A DNA stretch of 63,428 nt, the filler included, from Cercozoa sp. M6MM (Eukaryota > Protista > Endomyxa: Ascetosporea), in assembly GCA_040357565.1 (NCBI GenBank). It is 11 parts of 11 records of this genome, joined end to end, with 100 filler letters (N's around TTAATTAATTAA, not from the genome) between each part and the next. Parts side by side here need not be neighbours in the genome. Positions count along the whole stretch, not along the records: positions 16,169 to 30,389 come from JBDODJ010000336.1; positions 30,490 to 39,838 come from JBDODJ010000487.1; 9 more parts are not named here. One strand, written 5' to 3'. Each line of letters opens with the position of its first letter. Within the stretch, counting starts at the first letter, position 1. Shown here piece after piece: positions 22,808-35,242 of this stretch. The notes below the pieces were generated by a model. The model was given only the letters and a program-made list of their open reading frames with translations. It had not been told where the DNA came from and did not search any database. Position numbers and translations under genes: made by a program.

Positions 22808-25592
22808 ATGCCGCTTGTCCTATACGCTTTGATTGCAGCTGCACTTCGCGTTTCACGCTCGCAGGATGTGGTAGAGTACCAGCTTAAATGCATGCATACC
22901 TTTTTGTGATTGTACCGAGACCTGAACATTGCATGCTTGATTCAAAGGCGTCACTAGGTTACGTAACGTGGGGTGCTCCTTATATGAAAGCGGAGCTGCC
23001 CAGAGCAACGTCTGCCGTGGCACAAGGTGCACTCTCGGCCATGTGCACGAACACGCAGTTCGCGTGTGTTATTGCCAACAGAGAGGTATAAACTGAAACC
23101 CCAATTTTCGGAACATTGTTAAAATGTGACCCTGCAGAACATTGGTGCAGCCATGGCAATGTCGACGCCGATCGCGAGTATTTCGCGGCGCATCTCGTGC
23201 GAGTGCGTTGCGATCTTCAACTCAACGTAAACCAACCAACCGACACAGTGCACTCTTCGCTGTGCATACTGTATCTTCTTGAGTGTGCAGTACTGCACTG
23301 ACAGTGACGCTACGTATGCGCTGGACAGCGCAAGACGGCGCCTTTATCGCCGACAGTTCTTCTCTCTTTGGATACCGAACGCAGATGCCTGGCGCTGTTC
23401 CCAATTGCCGGTACATTCTTACTGCTCGAAGCTTCTTGTGTGCATAGTGTTTGGTTTTTAGTTTCGGAAGTGCGCCATGCAACCCGGCTGAGAACTTTCT
23501 CTACCTAGGGGTGAACTCAACGAGTGACATGCCACCAGCGAGAGTACTGTGGATCTGTTTATCGAATGTACACAATGAAAGGGAAACTCAACTTACAGAG
23601 CTTCATATTGGACCCGGTGGACCGAGTGGCGCCGTTTCGTCTCATTCGCGCGCAGCAGCAGGCCGTGACATTGACGGCGCCGTTTCTCGCAATGGTACAG
23701 TCTACGAGAAGACTTTGGCACTAGTTGTCATTGCGAAGTGCTTTTACTTTACTAGGGACAAACAAACATGACACTGCCGACATTTGCTGGCATAGGTAAG
23801 GTTGTGTTTTGCATGTGTCACTTGAGCTAAGGAACCGGTACTGCAGGTGACTCGTGTGCGACGGTGATGCTCGTGTGTGCTGCAGCAGATCCTCCGTCGG
23901 TTCCTCCTGCACTACGACGGCCAGTGACTCAGCTCATGTAAACTTAAGGATAGATCTGGGTTCATTGAAGTGGATACTACATTTTTTCGCATCCTTGCCG
24001 CCTCTGAATTTATTTAAACAGGTGTGAGTGCGATAGTTTCACAATTGCGTCGACTGCTGTGGCCGCAGCGGTACATTGTGACAAAACAGCATGCAGATAC
24101 TTGTTGCATCCTCTGTAGGCCACGAGCGCCAATGCACGTATACTCAATACAAGCATGCTGACCTTCTCGGTACGAGCGCGGAGTTCCGGGGGTTTACGCT
24201 TCCGCGAGGCCCAAGTCAATGCCTCTTTGGCGCGGTAGGGCGTCACAAAGTCTTTCAATCACCCATATTTTGACACTTTTGTGTAGTGTACTCGAGATGA
24301 ACCTACTGCCAGCCTGGATGGCGGCAACGAGCGGCAGAGAACCGCAGATGGAGGCCCTGCAGTCGCAACTCCAGGTGCCTCTGCCTCTGCTGAGTCTAGC
24401 AACTGTAAGAACTACCAGTACGGCGACTTTACAACTGAACACGAGGACAGAACCTAAGTCTTCCGGCAGTGTGGCCACCGGTACGACTGGCCTTGTACCA
24501 GACACTGCATATGCAGCTGTTGCCAACACCGAACACAGTGATCAAACCGGTACGTACTCAAAACATGGCCTTTATATCTCATTCACACGTCTGGTTTTGT
24601 CTAGGGTGACACGGTGATACCTGATGTGATTCTGACGAGAGGTCGAGTCGGAGGCACTTCTTCGGGTACTCTAATGTAAGAAGATATTAATTTGACCGCC
24701 AGTGCAAAATGGGTGGTAGGAGAACTACGGGACGGCACCTGCGAGTGCGTATGGTACCATGTCTCTTACTGTCCAAGAGTAAAGTGAACTTACATACCCG
24801 AGGTTTACTTGCTTGGACAGTCGCAATGCGCGGGCAGTGCAGCGTGCTTGTGAGTGCGGCAACGTCGTCGCTGACACCGAATTTCGTCAGCGGTCGGCAC
24901 TCGCACTCAAGACTGCCGATGTAAATTTGAATGGTGTTTTTATGGGGGAGGGGGGGGGGAGGGTAAGTGTGATGTATTGCTGCAGGCATTGTCGCAACAA
25001 GGACCCCTCGTATTCGATGATGTCTCGCTCGCACTAATGTCGGCCTTTTCGATCCGTCTGTCGATGCAGTCCATCACCGCTGTCGATGCTGGTACAGACA
25101 TGAGCGGTGAGACATGTGTCCGAACGGCTAGTTGGAATAAAACACAGGTGAATGGACGGCACAGTGCCGGTTCAGTCGCATGCAGTCACTCGCACTGCAG
25201 CCTTCTGTTGTCATCGGTGTGTATGTGTACGTGTGTACGTGTGTACGTGTGTACGTGTGTACGTGTGTACGTGTGTACGTGTGTACGTGTGTACGTGTGT
25301 ACGTGTGTACGTGTGTACGTGTGTACGTGTACGTGTGTACGTGTACGTGTGTACGTGTGTATGTGTGAGTGTGCTGTTACAGAGTATCATTGTATGCGCA
25401 CACTGCTAGTGCTTAATTTACTTGTTGTAGGAAGAGTGGCAGTGGCGACAGTGTCATCTTCCATGCGAATGCTGCCTGTGGTATCTCTGCACCTGTTTTA
25501 CATACAAGTGGGCAGAGCAGAACATCTTGGGGGTAGGGGACGCGGAGGTTTGAGATCGTTGGAGTCGAGTTCTCGCCTAATGCGTTAATTTT

Positions 25593-25650
<58 letters not shown>

Positions 25651-27268
25651 CTTAAGTGAGCATGTACACATGCAGTCGCTTCAATCGCGTGCGGTGTCGC
25701 GACGGACGTGGAAGTCTTGTGCTCTGCAGGGCTGAGTCAGTACTATGTGTTGTATTGTTCTCTTTGTGACCGAGACATGAACTGCCCGTACAGGTACTAA
25801 AACCAGGACCTGCAGGCAGTACGCGCAATTCAGTCGACACGTCGAGGTCAGCCGCGTTTCCTGCCACCTCTACCAACACAGAACAAACTTTACTGACTGT
25901 ACCTATAGACTGCTAATAGTTCTTGAGCAACCGCTGACAGTACGCAACGCTGGGGCCTTCCAGGTGCGTCTCGACATCTTCGAGCAGGCCACAAGGTACT
26001 CACAAAGCAAAGTAGTATAAAATCAACCTCCGGATGCAAGCGTGTGAGCAGTACAAGCACACCGTCGATGCAGCAAACTTCTTGGACCACCGTAGGCATT
26101 GTGGCGGCACCTGATGTTGTTCCCGACCGACAGCGACTCATCACCGAGGCACGAGGTACTACTGCTTTATCTCTTTGCCTGTGGACTAGCATAAGTGTAT
26201 CTTGGTCTGGTGACACGAAACACGATGGCAGGTGTCATGGTGCCAACATCACTGGTGCCCCGCGACTGCACACGCGTCCAGGTGCAGTGTTCTGTGCCGA
26301 CAGGCAACACTAAATGTTCCGACCTCGATCTTCTCAACACCGGTACCGCCATCAGACTGTATTTTATACATACATACATATACATATATACATATATGTA
26401 TATATATATATATATTATATATGGACTGTATATAAAATAGCTAATCCAAACATCACGGTGACCAACATCTCGCGCACCGAAGTGCCTTGCACGTGCGGCA
26501 CCGTGTATGACCCGACAGCCATGTGGTATGTGTCCCAGTCTAGACAAATCTGTACCGCTACACAAAGGCTTGTGCAGGGTGGACTTTGCGCACCCACTCA
26601 GCAATGCCATACAGGGCCGTCTGTGCATCGCACTCAGAGTCGACACAGGTGGTACTCTGGTTTCTGCTGGAGCCAAATGCTACTTTTCATGCCCTCACAG
26701 AGTGGACACCGTTTACGGCGGTGGCACAAGTGGTCACCCTGGAGGACCAGAAAACCCGAGCTGTTGTGCTTGGCTTTTTTGTGGCCTCGGTGATCCTGCT
26801 GATCTTCCTCGCGGTACCTGAGTTGTGCTCGTATTGACGTACAGTGCTCAAATGGTAGATAAATTTATTGATTTTACTTGCAGCCCTACGTGGCGAAAAA
26901 GCGAGATCTATGGCTACGGCATGACGCATGGCGACGCGAGCAACAGCAGCTTGTCGCTTCACACGAGGACACTCGCTTGCTCGAGCAACTGCAAGGTACA
27001 GTACAGTTACAGTTTCAACTCACAAAATGATCAGTTGAGCTCCACAAAAATTGATCTGAAACGATCAGAGGACATTGCAAACCGCCCTATCGAACAAACT
27101 GAAACAAAGGGACCCCCAGTGCAACCAGCTCTACCACAAGCAGTCGCGCCACGGCAGCCACAAACCAAACAACCATTCCAGCCGAGCCAACTGCCTCCGC
27201 AGTCCAAGCAAGCACCTCCACGGCCGCAACCCAAACAACCACTGTCACCCTCGCAGCTCAAAGTATAA
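22808..27268 (+). CDS. Large predicted type I membrane protein (signal peptide, Cys/Ser/Thr-rich ectodomain, one TM, P/Q-rich tail); may be more than one gene
   Basis: MPLVLYALIAAALRVSRS signal; TM AVVLGFFVASVILLIFLA at ~26760-26813; tail PPVQPALPQAVAPRQPQ...LKV-TAA. Confidence 0.55.
25222..25360 (+). repeat. Intronic (GTGTACGT)n octamer satellite
   Basis: Direct reading of tandem units. Confidence 0.92.
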
Positions 27269-27755
27269 ATAAAACATGCACTGTTCAATCATCATGAATG
27301 TTAAAGCAGCAACCAATTGGAGCTTCAACCAAACTTCCTCCACCTCGACGCAAACTGAAAAAGCTACGCAAACTGAAAAAGAGAACAGCATGACCTCTGG
27401 CTGGTACAGTGTATTCGGGCGTGTAAAATCTAGAACTTCCAATAAACTAAAGTCAGTAGAAGTGCAATGCAATCACAGCATTGTAGCGTACTGTCAGTGC
27501 TGATCGGATCGATCAATATGGATACAGTCAGCCAGTATCGATGGAAGTTCGGTTCTTGCAAAATAAACTGAGGTGTCGGTCCGGATGGTTTGAGCAAACT
27601 CGGCGAAACTGCCGTGTGCCTACACGAGGTACGAGACGGTTGCAAACTGCGCAGGGATTCGTGTCTTAGACTCGCTACAATAGCTTGAGAGTCAGGAGCC
27701 GCAAAACTAGCACAGGACAAGCTTGTCTACGCTTTGCAAACTCAACTGAAGGCAG

Positions 27756-28393
27756 ATGTCAATGTCGGCCCAGCAAAAGAAGTCTCTTTTACTGTACCTC
27801 AGGGTCGCAAGTGTTTTTGCGGTCCGGGCACGTTCTAATTTAAATTTGCGTTTCTTTTTGTTGCTCTTCAGGACCATGCTGCTCGCGGCAGCTGCAGTCG
27901 GTGCTCTTGGTGGCTTTGTCTACCGCGCCGAGATTAAGGAGATGTGGCATCGTCGTGCCATGAAGAAAGAAGAGGAGCCCGAGAGCAAACTGAAAGAAAC
28001 GCAAGAAAAGGCAGAGACCAAACTCCATGAACTTGGCGACAAAGCGCAAGACAAGGTACCGCGCTCATACCGGTGCAACTCACTGCACAGTTGTGCTTTG
28101 GCTTAACTTTCCACTTACTGTGGTTTTTCCCACTTTGAGTGTGTTTCTTTGGGGAAATCTGCTGTGCAACTACCTGTAATGTCGTACTACTGTAACAGCA
28201 TGTTAAAGCATACTATGAGTGTATTTACTTTGGCATATTTACTGTGAGACTACTGAATTTAGTACTCTGTAACTGAAAGTAGCCATTTATAGTTATTGAA
28301 CTGACTCGGGTTGCGGTGTTGTAACAGGTAACGGACGTCACCGAGTCGGTCAAAGGCTTCTTCAAACGCGGCGACAAAGAGAAGAAGGACTAG
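27756..28393 (+). CDS. Small single-TM protein with LEA/YtxH-like charged tail, 3 exons
   Basis: MSMSAQQKKSLLLTMLLAAAAVGALGGFVYRAEIKEMW...LGDKAQDK/VTDVTESVKGFFKRGDKEKKD-TAG. Confidence 0.7.
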
Positions 28394-28516
28394 ACTCGGA
28401 CATGCATGTCTCGTCGTGCCAGTTCAAGCTTTAGACTTAAGTTCACTCAACTGATTCCCGAATATCTAAAATGAGCCGAGTTGGTATGTTACAGCTCGAA
28501 CACCTGCCAATCTGAG

Positions 28517-29469
28517 TTAATCTGCCTTGCGCGACTGCTTCTTGGCATGGCGCGCACGACGACGACGAGCCTGTCGGTTGCTGCGGAGACACAAATACAC
28601 ACACAGGTAGACGCACAAACACAGACACAGACACAGACACAGACACAGACACAGACACACACAGGTACACAGACAGAGACACTGGGCAGAGACAGTGTAC
28701 TCGATCTGGACTTCCTGCTCGTCCATGGGCGTGTCGGCACCGGCGGCCTGTTGCTGCAGCTTGTCCATCCAGCCCTCGAGGCCCGACTTGGCGAAACTGC
28801 ACACACACCACACACACACAAACATGCACATGCACAGGGACAGTGCAACAATTAAGCAGGGTCAAAGCTTACGGACGACGGAGCGAACGGTCCTCCTCCC
28901 TGTACATATATATATATATATATACATAGATATAGATGCAGATAAGGGTAAAGCCCACTTGTTGAGCACGTAGAGCGAGAAGAGCGGCTGCTGGGAGAGT
29001 CGGTAGAGACCCATGAGACCGGCAAAGAAGAGCGGCTGCACGTACTCCCTGTGTTATACATGCACATGTATTCTATTTATCTCTGTGTACATAAAACGTA
29101 CATATATATATATGTAAACAGATATAAACACATACCACTTGAGGTGCAGCAGCAGCACAATGCCCGTCCTGAGTGGTACACATGTACAGACACAGACAGA
29201 CAGACAAGGACCGAGCGTACTGGATGGCAAGCTGCTGCAGCGACTTCATCAACATGGCCTGGTCATAGGCATGTGTCGGCACGTTGACCACCTCTTCCGG
29301 TGACGCCGTCGCACTCAGCTCCTTCAAGTTTAGCTCCAGTTCACCCTTCCCTTTACCACTCTACCCCCCCGGAGAAGACACACCTGAGCGCGCACACGCA
29401 CGGGCCGATTGTCGGCCTTGCTCTTGATGCGCAAGTACATGAGGCCGTACCTGTGTGTGCACATGTGTG

Positions 29470-29523
<54 letters not shown>

Positions 29524-29818
29524 TACACGGCGAGCTGCAGAGCCACAAAGACGCCAAACACGACGCGGAGGTACTCGACCGGCTGATCGGCCTGTCGTAG
29601 CCATACCCCTCATAATAGATATCTCACTGTAACCACACATATGGGTTTGCCTTACAATTCCCGACTTGCGCAGAACAATCATGATCGCTACCGGCAGCAG
29701 CTGCAGCACGCCCACAGCATCATAAATGAAGGACAATCGGAGGTGTTCTTTTTTGATGTTGCGAATCTACCTGCTTGACCAGACCCTTTCCGGAGGGCAG
29801 CGACGGCGTTTGACTCAT
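28517..29818 (-). CDS. PHO88: Pho88/SND3-family ER membrane protein
   Basis: Spliced ...THAYDQAMLMKSLQQL...IVLLLHLKWEYVQPLF...QQPLFSLYVL...SLRRPF, matching the Pho88 YD / LH.KW...QPL / L.RPF pattern. Confidence 0.8.
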
Positions 29819-30213
29819 CCTGTGTGCCTGATACTCCTACGCACTACTGTAGCACTGTCGCAAGCAACTCGCGCTGCCACTTGCTTTTGCACCCTTAACT
29901 ATCAACCAGCGCTCCGACCACTGATTGTCCATGATTTTGCGTGTTTTCTAGAACTATCGTCGGCTAATAACCAAATCTGCTAAACGATACGATAATTTTA
30001 CTTTCAAAACACCCTCCGATAGTCAAAAAAGGGCGAGCAAGCACCTCTTGGTCGTCTTTTAATTTTGTGCGATTGATCGACTAACGCAACTCTGGGCGAA
30101 AGAGTGTGTGCGCACGTGTGATTTACTGTAAGTTAATTATATTGAGAGCGCAGCAGCTTTGTGTGCAGTAGCCGATTTCAGTTTGATGACTTCTTTTCTG
30201 CAGGAAAAAACAG

Positions 30214-30342
30214 ATGCTGCTGTGGTCACTGGTGGCACTGCTGTCCGCGCGGACGTTGGCAAAGACCGAGTGCCGTGTCAAGGCAGAGAACCACGCTCAT
30301 GTGTTCGATTTGTCCAAGGTGGTGTCGCGAGACGGATATCTG
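30214..30342 (+). CDS. First coding exon of a secreted/membrane protein, possible MRH domain (truncated)
   Basis: MLLWSLVALLSARTLA signal then ECRV...HVFDLSKV. Confidence 0.45.
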
Positions 30343-30496
30343 GTATGCCCCTCTCCGTGCCCTTCTGTGCCCTTTTACCCCCCCCCCCCNNNNNNNNNNN
30401 NNNNNNNNNNNNNNNNNNNNNNNNNNNNNNNNNTTAATTAATTAANNNNNNNNNNNNNNNNNNNNNNNNNNNNNNNNNNNNNNNNNNNNCCCCCAG

Positions 30497-30736
30497 GCGA
30501 GCAGCAGACGCTGCGCCAGGTGACAATCAGTTCGAGTTTCGGCAAGTTCCAGGTGCTCGTGGACGGCGAGGTGTTCGGACCCTTCAAGAAAGTTGTCGTG
30601 TCGCCGCTCTACGTCGATCCCGATGTCGACGATCAGAGGTAATGCCCCCCTCTACCTCTTGACCCCCTGACCCTTGGTATACAGCAAGGAGCAAATGACG
30701 CTACCGATCAAGACCTTCTACCCGGTGCGTCTGTGA
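30497..30736 (+). CDS. Last two exons of an unidentified protein
   Basis: ...FQVLVDGEVFGPFKKVVVSPL...TLPIKTFYPVRL-TGA with one GT-AG intron. Confidence 0.65.
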
Positions 30737-31244
30737 GAGTGACGGTGTGCACACCCACACAGCACCAGCACCAGTATGACTTAGTGTACTGTACTACGAG
30801 CGTTTGCGTTGCTGTCCTCTTTGTTTACTTCAACTACACAAGTGTTATTACGTTTGTTAGTGAAAAGAACTCCCTATCGTAAATCGAAACAACTATTGAA
30901 GTTGATTTGTGCAGTCCTCTCAGATACGATAGGGATCAGGCCTTGGTAGGTACGGTAAACTGAGCGCACTTGCCGGTGATACAAATAAAAAACTAAGGAA
31001 CGTAAGAAAGTCTGTTCTTGGAGGGAGAGTGGCCAAGTGTCAGTTTGAAAGAGTGAGTTACCCCAACGGTTCAGTTGGGCGGTAAAGCACTGGAACGGGA
31101 AAGTCACCGGTCAGGTGTTTTTACTGTAGAAAGGACAGTCAGGACGGAAAGGCGCAATCAGAACTAAGCAGTGAGTTGGCGTGAAGTAACAAGAGGAAAT
31201 CGATTTCGCACGATTCCACAGGAAACCGGAGGAAACGCGGTGTT

Positions 31245-31790
31245 TCAGTTCTTCGTTATCACACGTATGACTCTTGAAAGTTCTCCCGGGACTCGCACGT
31301 CGTTTCGCGCCGGAATGGTCTCCCTGGCTAGAAGGGTTCTGGCCAACGAGTCGGTTTCGACACGTCGCATGAACTTAGTCGTGTAAAACAAGTCGACCGT
31401 GAGGTTGTCGAAACGTGCCACCATCAAAGACAATGCTTCGAGAGACACACGTGTCGGCGGTCTGGCGTGTTGCAGGATGCGGTTTTCGAGATCCAGCGCA
31501 GTCGGAGCGACATATGAATTGCTTTGAATACTTGTTCGCAGACTCGGCCGAGTAGAATCAAGAAGAGGACGACGATTCAATCGCTCTTCCATACGTTCGA
31601 GTTTCACTAGGAGATTGCGAACAGCTTCCTTCGTTTCAACATTGTGTTGGAGCGTCAAAGCTCGTTCGACTTCGGTGAAACGTTTTTGGATTTTTGTCGC
31701 AAACTGCGACATTTCGCTTCGAGCTTCGTCCGCTCGAGCATCTTCATGTGCCATGCAGCTGGAGTGGCAACTGCGGTTGGGTTTTTGCAT
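31245..31790 (-). CDS. Intronless orphan ORF (181 aa) with coiled-coil N-terminus
   Basis: Uninterrupted ORF in an otherwise intron-dense genome; no family recognised. Confidence 0.4.
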   Translation of the reverse strand: MQKPNRSCHSSCMAHEDARADEARSEMSQFATKIQKRFTEVERALTLQHNVETKEAVRNLLVKLERMEERLNRRPLLDSTRPSLRTSIQSNSYVAPTALDLENRILQHARPPTRVSLEALSLMVARFDNLTVDLFYTTKFMRRVETDSLARTLLARETIPARNDVRVPGELSRVIRVITKN

Positions 31791-31859
31791 TTCGTGGACG
31801 CGAATTTCGTCATATCTTCACGCATTGAGATCAATTTCAAGCTATAATGTCATATGTAG

Positions 31860-32471
31860 TTGCCGGTACTCACCTTCGAGGACGGCACCAAGATCGCTCA
31901 GTCGGTCGCCATCGCTGTCTACCTGGCACAGAAGTCGTCGCTCACTGCTGGGCAACTCGCTGGAAGAGCAGGCGCGAACGACGTCGGTGTTCCTGCAGGT
32001 GAACGAGGCTTTTGACGCCTTCAGCGCCTTCTGGTTCTCGACGCCCGAGGCTGAGCGCGGTAAGTGTTTCAATGTATGCTTTCCCTCCAACCAGAAAAAA
32101 GAATGCTATTTTATGAAATAAATTTAATGCAGCGGAGAAGGCCATGGCCGAGGTGACTGAAGGCGCCACGTCCAAGGCGTTGGCCGCCCTGAAAAAGTAC
32201 CTCGACACTGTCGAGACCGACTTTGTGTTCGGCGATTCGATCTCGCTGGCCGACCTGGCCATTGTAAGCCCTGCTCTTTCATGTCTGTCGGCTGTTCTGT
32301 TTGACTTGAATTATGGATATGCTTGTTGTGCAACAGTTCAACCTGCGCGACCAGCTGGCCAAGTTCCCCGATGAAGTCTTCCCGGCCAAGGCGATTGCCA
32401 TTGCCGCCAAGGTCAAGCAGAACGAGAAGCTCGCCGCCTACCTCGAGCAGCGTCCGATCACGCCGTGGTAA
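31860..32471 (+). pseudogene. Sigma-like glutathione S-transferase, 5'-truncated and frameshifted
   Basis: LPVLTFEDGTKIAQSVAIAVYLA then +1 shift near 31943 to LLGNSLEEQAR; FVFGDSISLADLAI; LAAYLEQRPITPW-TAA. No upstream N-terminal exon found. Confidence 0.75.
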
Positions 32472-33135
32472 ACCGCCGCTGGCTTTCGCGCCGTGTCGAC
32501 GAGAGTTTGACCTGCACTCTGTAACCGCGGTTTCACTTTGGTTGACTTCCGAGTAGTAATCACGTCGCGAAACGGACTGTACTGTAATTAGCAGACGCTC
32601 GCTACGTGGAAAGAGACCCAACAGTACCCAACACCTCGAGCGTCAGCGGACTGCACTTGCCGAACCAGAAACGCGAACTCTGGCCTGTGTGGCGGCGTTC
32701 CCGACCACGCAGATGCTGCCACTGAGACACGTGTCTACTGCTATCGTATTGCTGGCATCGTGGCCGAAGATCACGCCACCGTCGTAGCGCACGCCACCGT
32801 CTCGGAATGAAACTGAGTTTTCACGATTCATTCCTCGCCACAACTCAACCTTAAGCAGCACTCTAATGGATAAAGCAAGAGTACAGCGGACTTGGATCGG
32901 AGCTGGCAGCAAGCACAAGCAGTCCCAACTGGTAGAAGCAACTGCCACATCCGTTCCAGCGCTCGCTTAAACTACAAACAGCGTTCAGTCATTAAGGTGT
33001 AGAGACTGATTTATAAAAAACTGATTAATTGCCGAGAGTCCTGCTCTCTCGGTACTTGTTGAGAACGTTATCAGTTTTCGGTTAAACGGTGTTACTTGTA
33101 CAGTAGTTTCAGTTCGTCACTTGTTAGACTAACTC

Positions 33136-34950
33136 CTAGTTGAACTGTGGTGGGTGTGCCGTGCCGGCGACCTGCGACTGTGTGTCCAGCAGGACGGCGA
33201 ACGAGCCGAGCCAGTGACTGCCCATGTAGTGCATGTCGTCCAGCACGGCGGCCATGCCTGCTTGGTAGTGCTCCTGGAAGCGATACCGCAGAACTGCCAG
33301 CTGCTCTTGCAGCTCGTCGTCGCCTGGCAAATAAATTTAATACAGTAAAAAAAAAACCAGATGGGATGCAACAGACCAGTTTGTTCGAGAGCCACAATGA
33401 GCGTTTCAAACTGCATCGCACGCGACAAATTGAGTCCGTCAAAATGCGCTAGCTTGCCGTCAGACTTGTCAGTCACACGCACGGGTTGTAGCCATTTCAC
33501 TGCTCAGTAAAGTCAGCTTTATTAAATTGAATTACATATAATGTTCGGGAACTTGTCATTGGACAAGAGTTACAGGCATCCGCCGACGGCACATCAACTG
33601 GAACGTACAAGAAGCGACGGAACCAGAACGAAAGTTCGTCGCCACTCAAAAAGCGCGTCATCAACGCAGCTTCACCGCTATCGAAAATAAATCCAAAACA
33701 GACCCCGGTTAAAAAGGTTGAAAACTGTTACAGACACGTCGACAAGAAATCGTGTCCAGAAGGTTCGAAGTGCCACGGACAGTTGCGTGCATTCTTGTGG
33801 TGCCTGCACAACCAGACTCACTTTGTTTTATATTTACTGATCAGAGTGTAAATTAAAATCACCTTTCGACAAATTCGTGGATGATTCTTCGAAATTGCGT
33901 CACTTCTTCGTTGCCCTTCTGTACCAGTCAGGGATGCACATAAGCCTTCATTAACCCTAAAAAACTGTACCGGAAAAAGCAACGTAAAGTCGTAAGCCAA
34001 CGACAGTGCAAACGCCGTCTGCGAATGTTCACCACCTCGAATCGGACGTTGCAACTTCGGCAGCCACTCTGCGTAAGTTCGCTCAAACTCAAAACGAGAT
34101 GAAGGATAAAAAACTATACCGCCGAAACTGCGCATAATCAATGACACAAGAGGCCACATGTTCTCCAGCGTGCTTTCGGCAAAGTCTCGAAAACCTACAT
34201 CCTACAAACTCATGCTTCCTTGCCACGTCATTTACTGACTTGGAAAAACTCAACTCACCAGCGAAGTATCCAACACGATACTGCGACACTCTGCGGCGAG
34301 ATACAGGGTCCATGCCATGCCATACGGTCGCTCGAAGGACGGCCGTTTCTGCAGAAAACTGGAGTGAATACCAAAAATGAAAGATCGACAGGTTGTGTTC
34401 AATGCCTCGAAATACGCGAGTTCTTGAGCCAAATTGGCAGCAGTCAACTGCGACCGCAGAAGCGCAACGTGAGCTTCGCGCAGCTTCTTGTTCTCAGTCA
34501 AACGCGCGATGCGAAGCAACTGCCAATGCGTGTGCACAGCACTGTGATGATCGAAGCAGCCTACACGTTTAAAAGTCTCTGTTTGAACAGACCAGACAAC
34601 TAGAGGCACCAAATTAAACTCACCGTAGAATGAGCCAAATAATTCGCTAGGTCGGGCATTTGTTTCGCTCCCATTTGCCATATACAGGGGGACCTGGGAG
34701 AAACGCAAGCTTGGTCACATCATCTGAGAAAGAAAGCTGTAAAAAACAGTGTACCTGATTAGGGAACTCTTGAACCACACATTCACTGGCGAACACGGAC
34801 AGGTGTTGTGCTGTACTCACACACACACAGCAAGGTGTTGACGACAATCGTCCCAGCAACACCAATACCCAGCGTCTCGTTCAAGTTTCGCGGCAGTCCT
34901 GCTTGAGGGTGACCAAAGACACCCGTCAGCAGCAGCAAAATCCACAGCAT
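33136..34950 (-). CDS. DUF2891-family protein with signal peptide, multi-exon
   Basis: MLWILLLLTGVFG; QEFPNQ; GCFDHHSAVHTHWQLLR; SFERPYGMAW; WLPKLQRPIRGGEHSQTAFAL; DKSDGKLAHFDGLNLSRA; HYMGSHWLGSFAV, all hallmark DUF2891 blocks in order. Confidence 0.88.
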
Positions 34951-35242
34951 CTTCTAGAGTGCCAAGAATTTCACCATACAGCACCTGACAAGCAGCAAGC
35001 CGCAGCAGGAGTCCGGACTCGGTGGGCCACCGATCGGAGCGCCGGAAGCACAGGAAAAAGCCCAAAGAGGGCCAACACAACTGAGTGCTTTAAAAGCGCG
35101 GCTGTGGTGCACCTCGTGAGCTAAAATAGTACTGTACCACGTCTGCTCATATCGTCGTCGTGTAGCTCGAGAAATCCGAAAACGCCTGTCACGTGCAGAA
35201 TTTGAGCAAGTGCGGGTGATCGCTCCCACTCGCTGTGGCAAA

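Noticed and set aside
23695-23755. GC-AG intron starting GCACTA
   Set aside because: A canonical GTACAG donor upstream gives a consistent frame.
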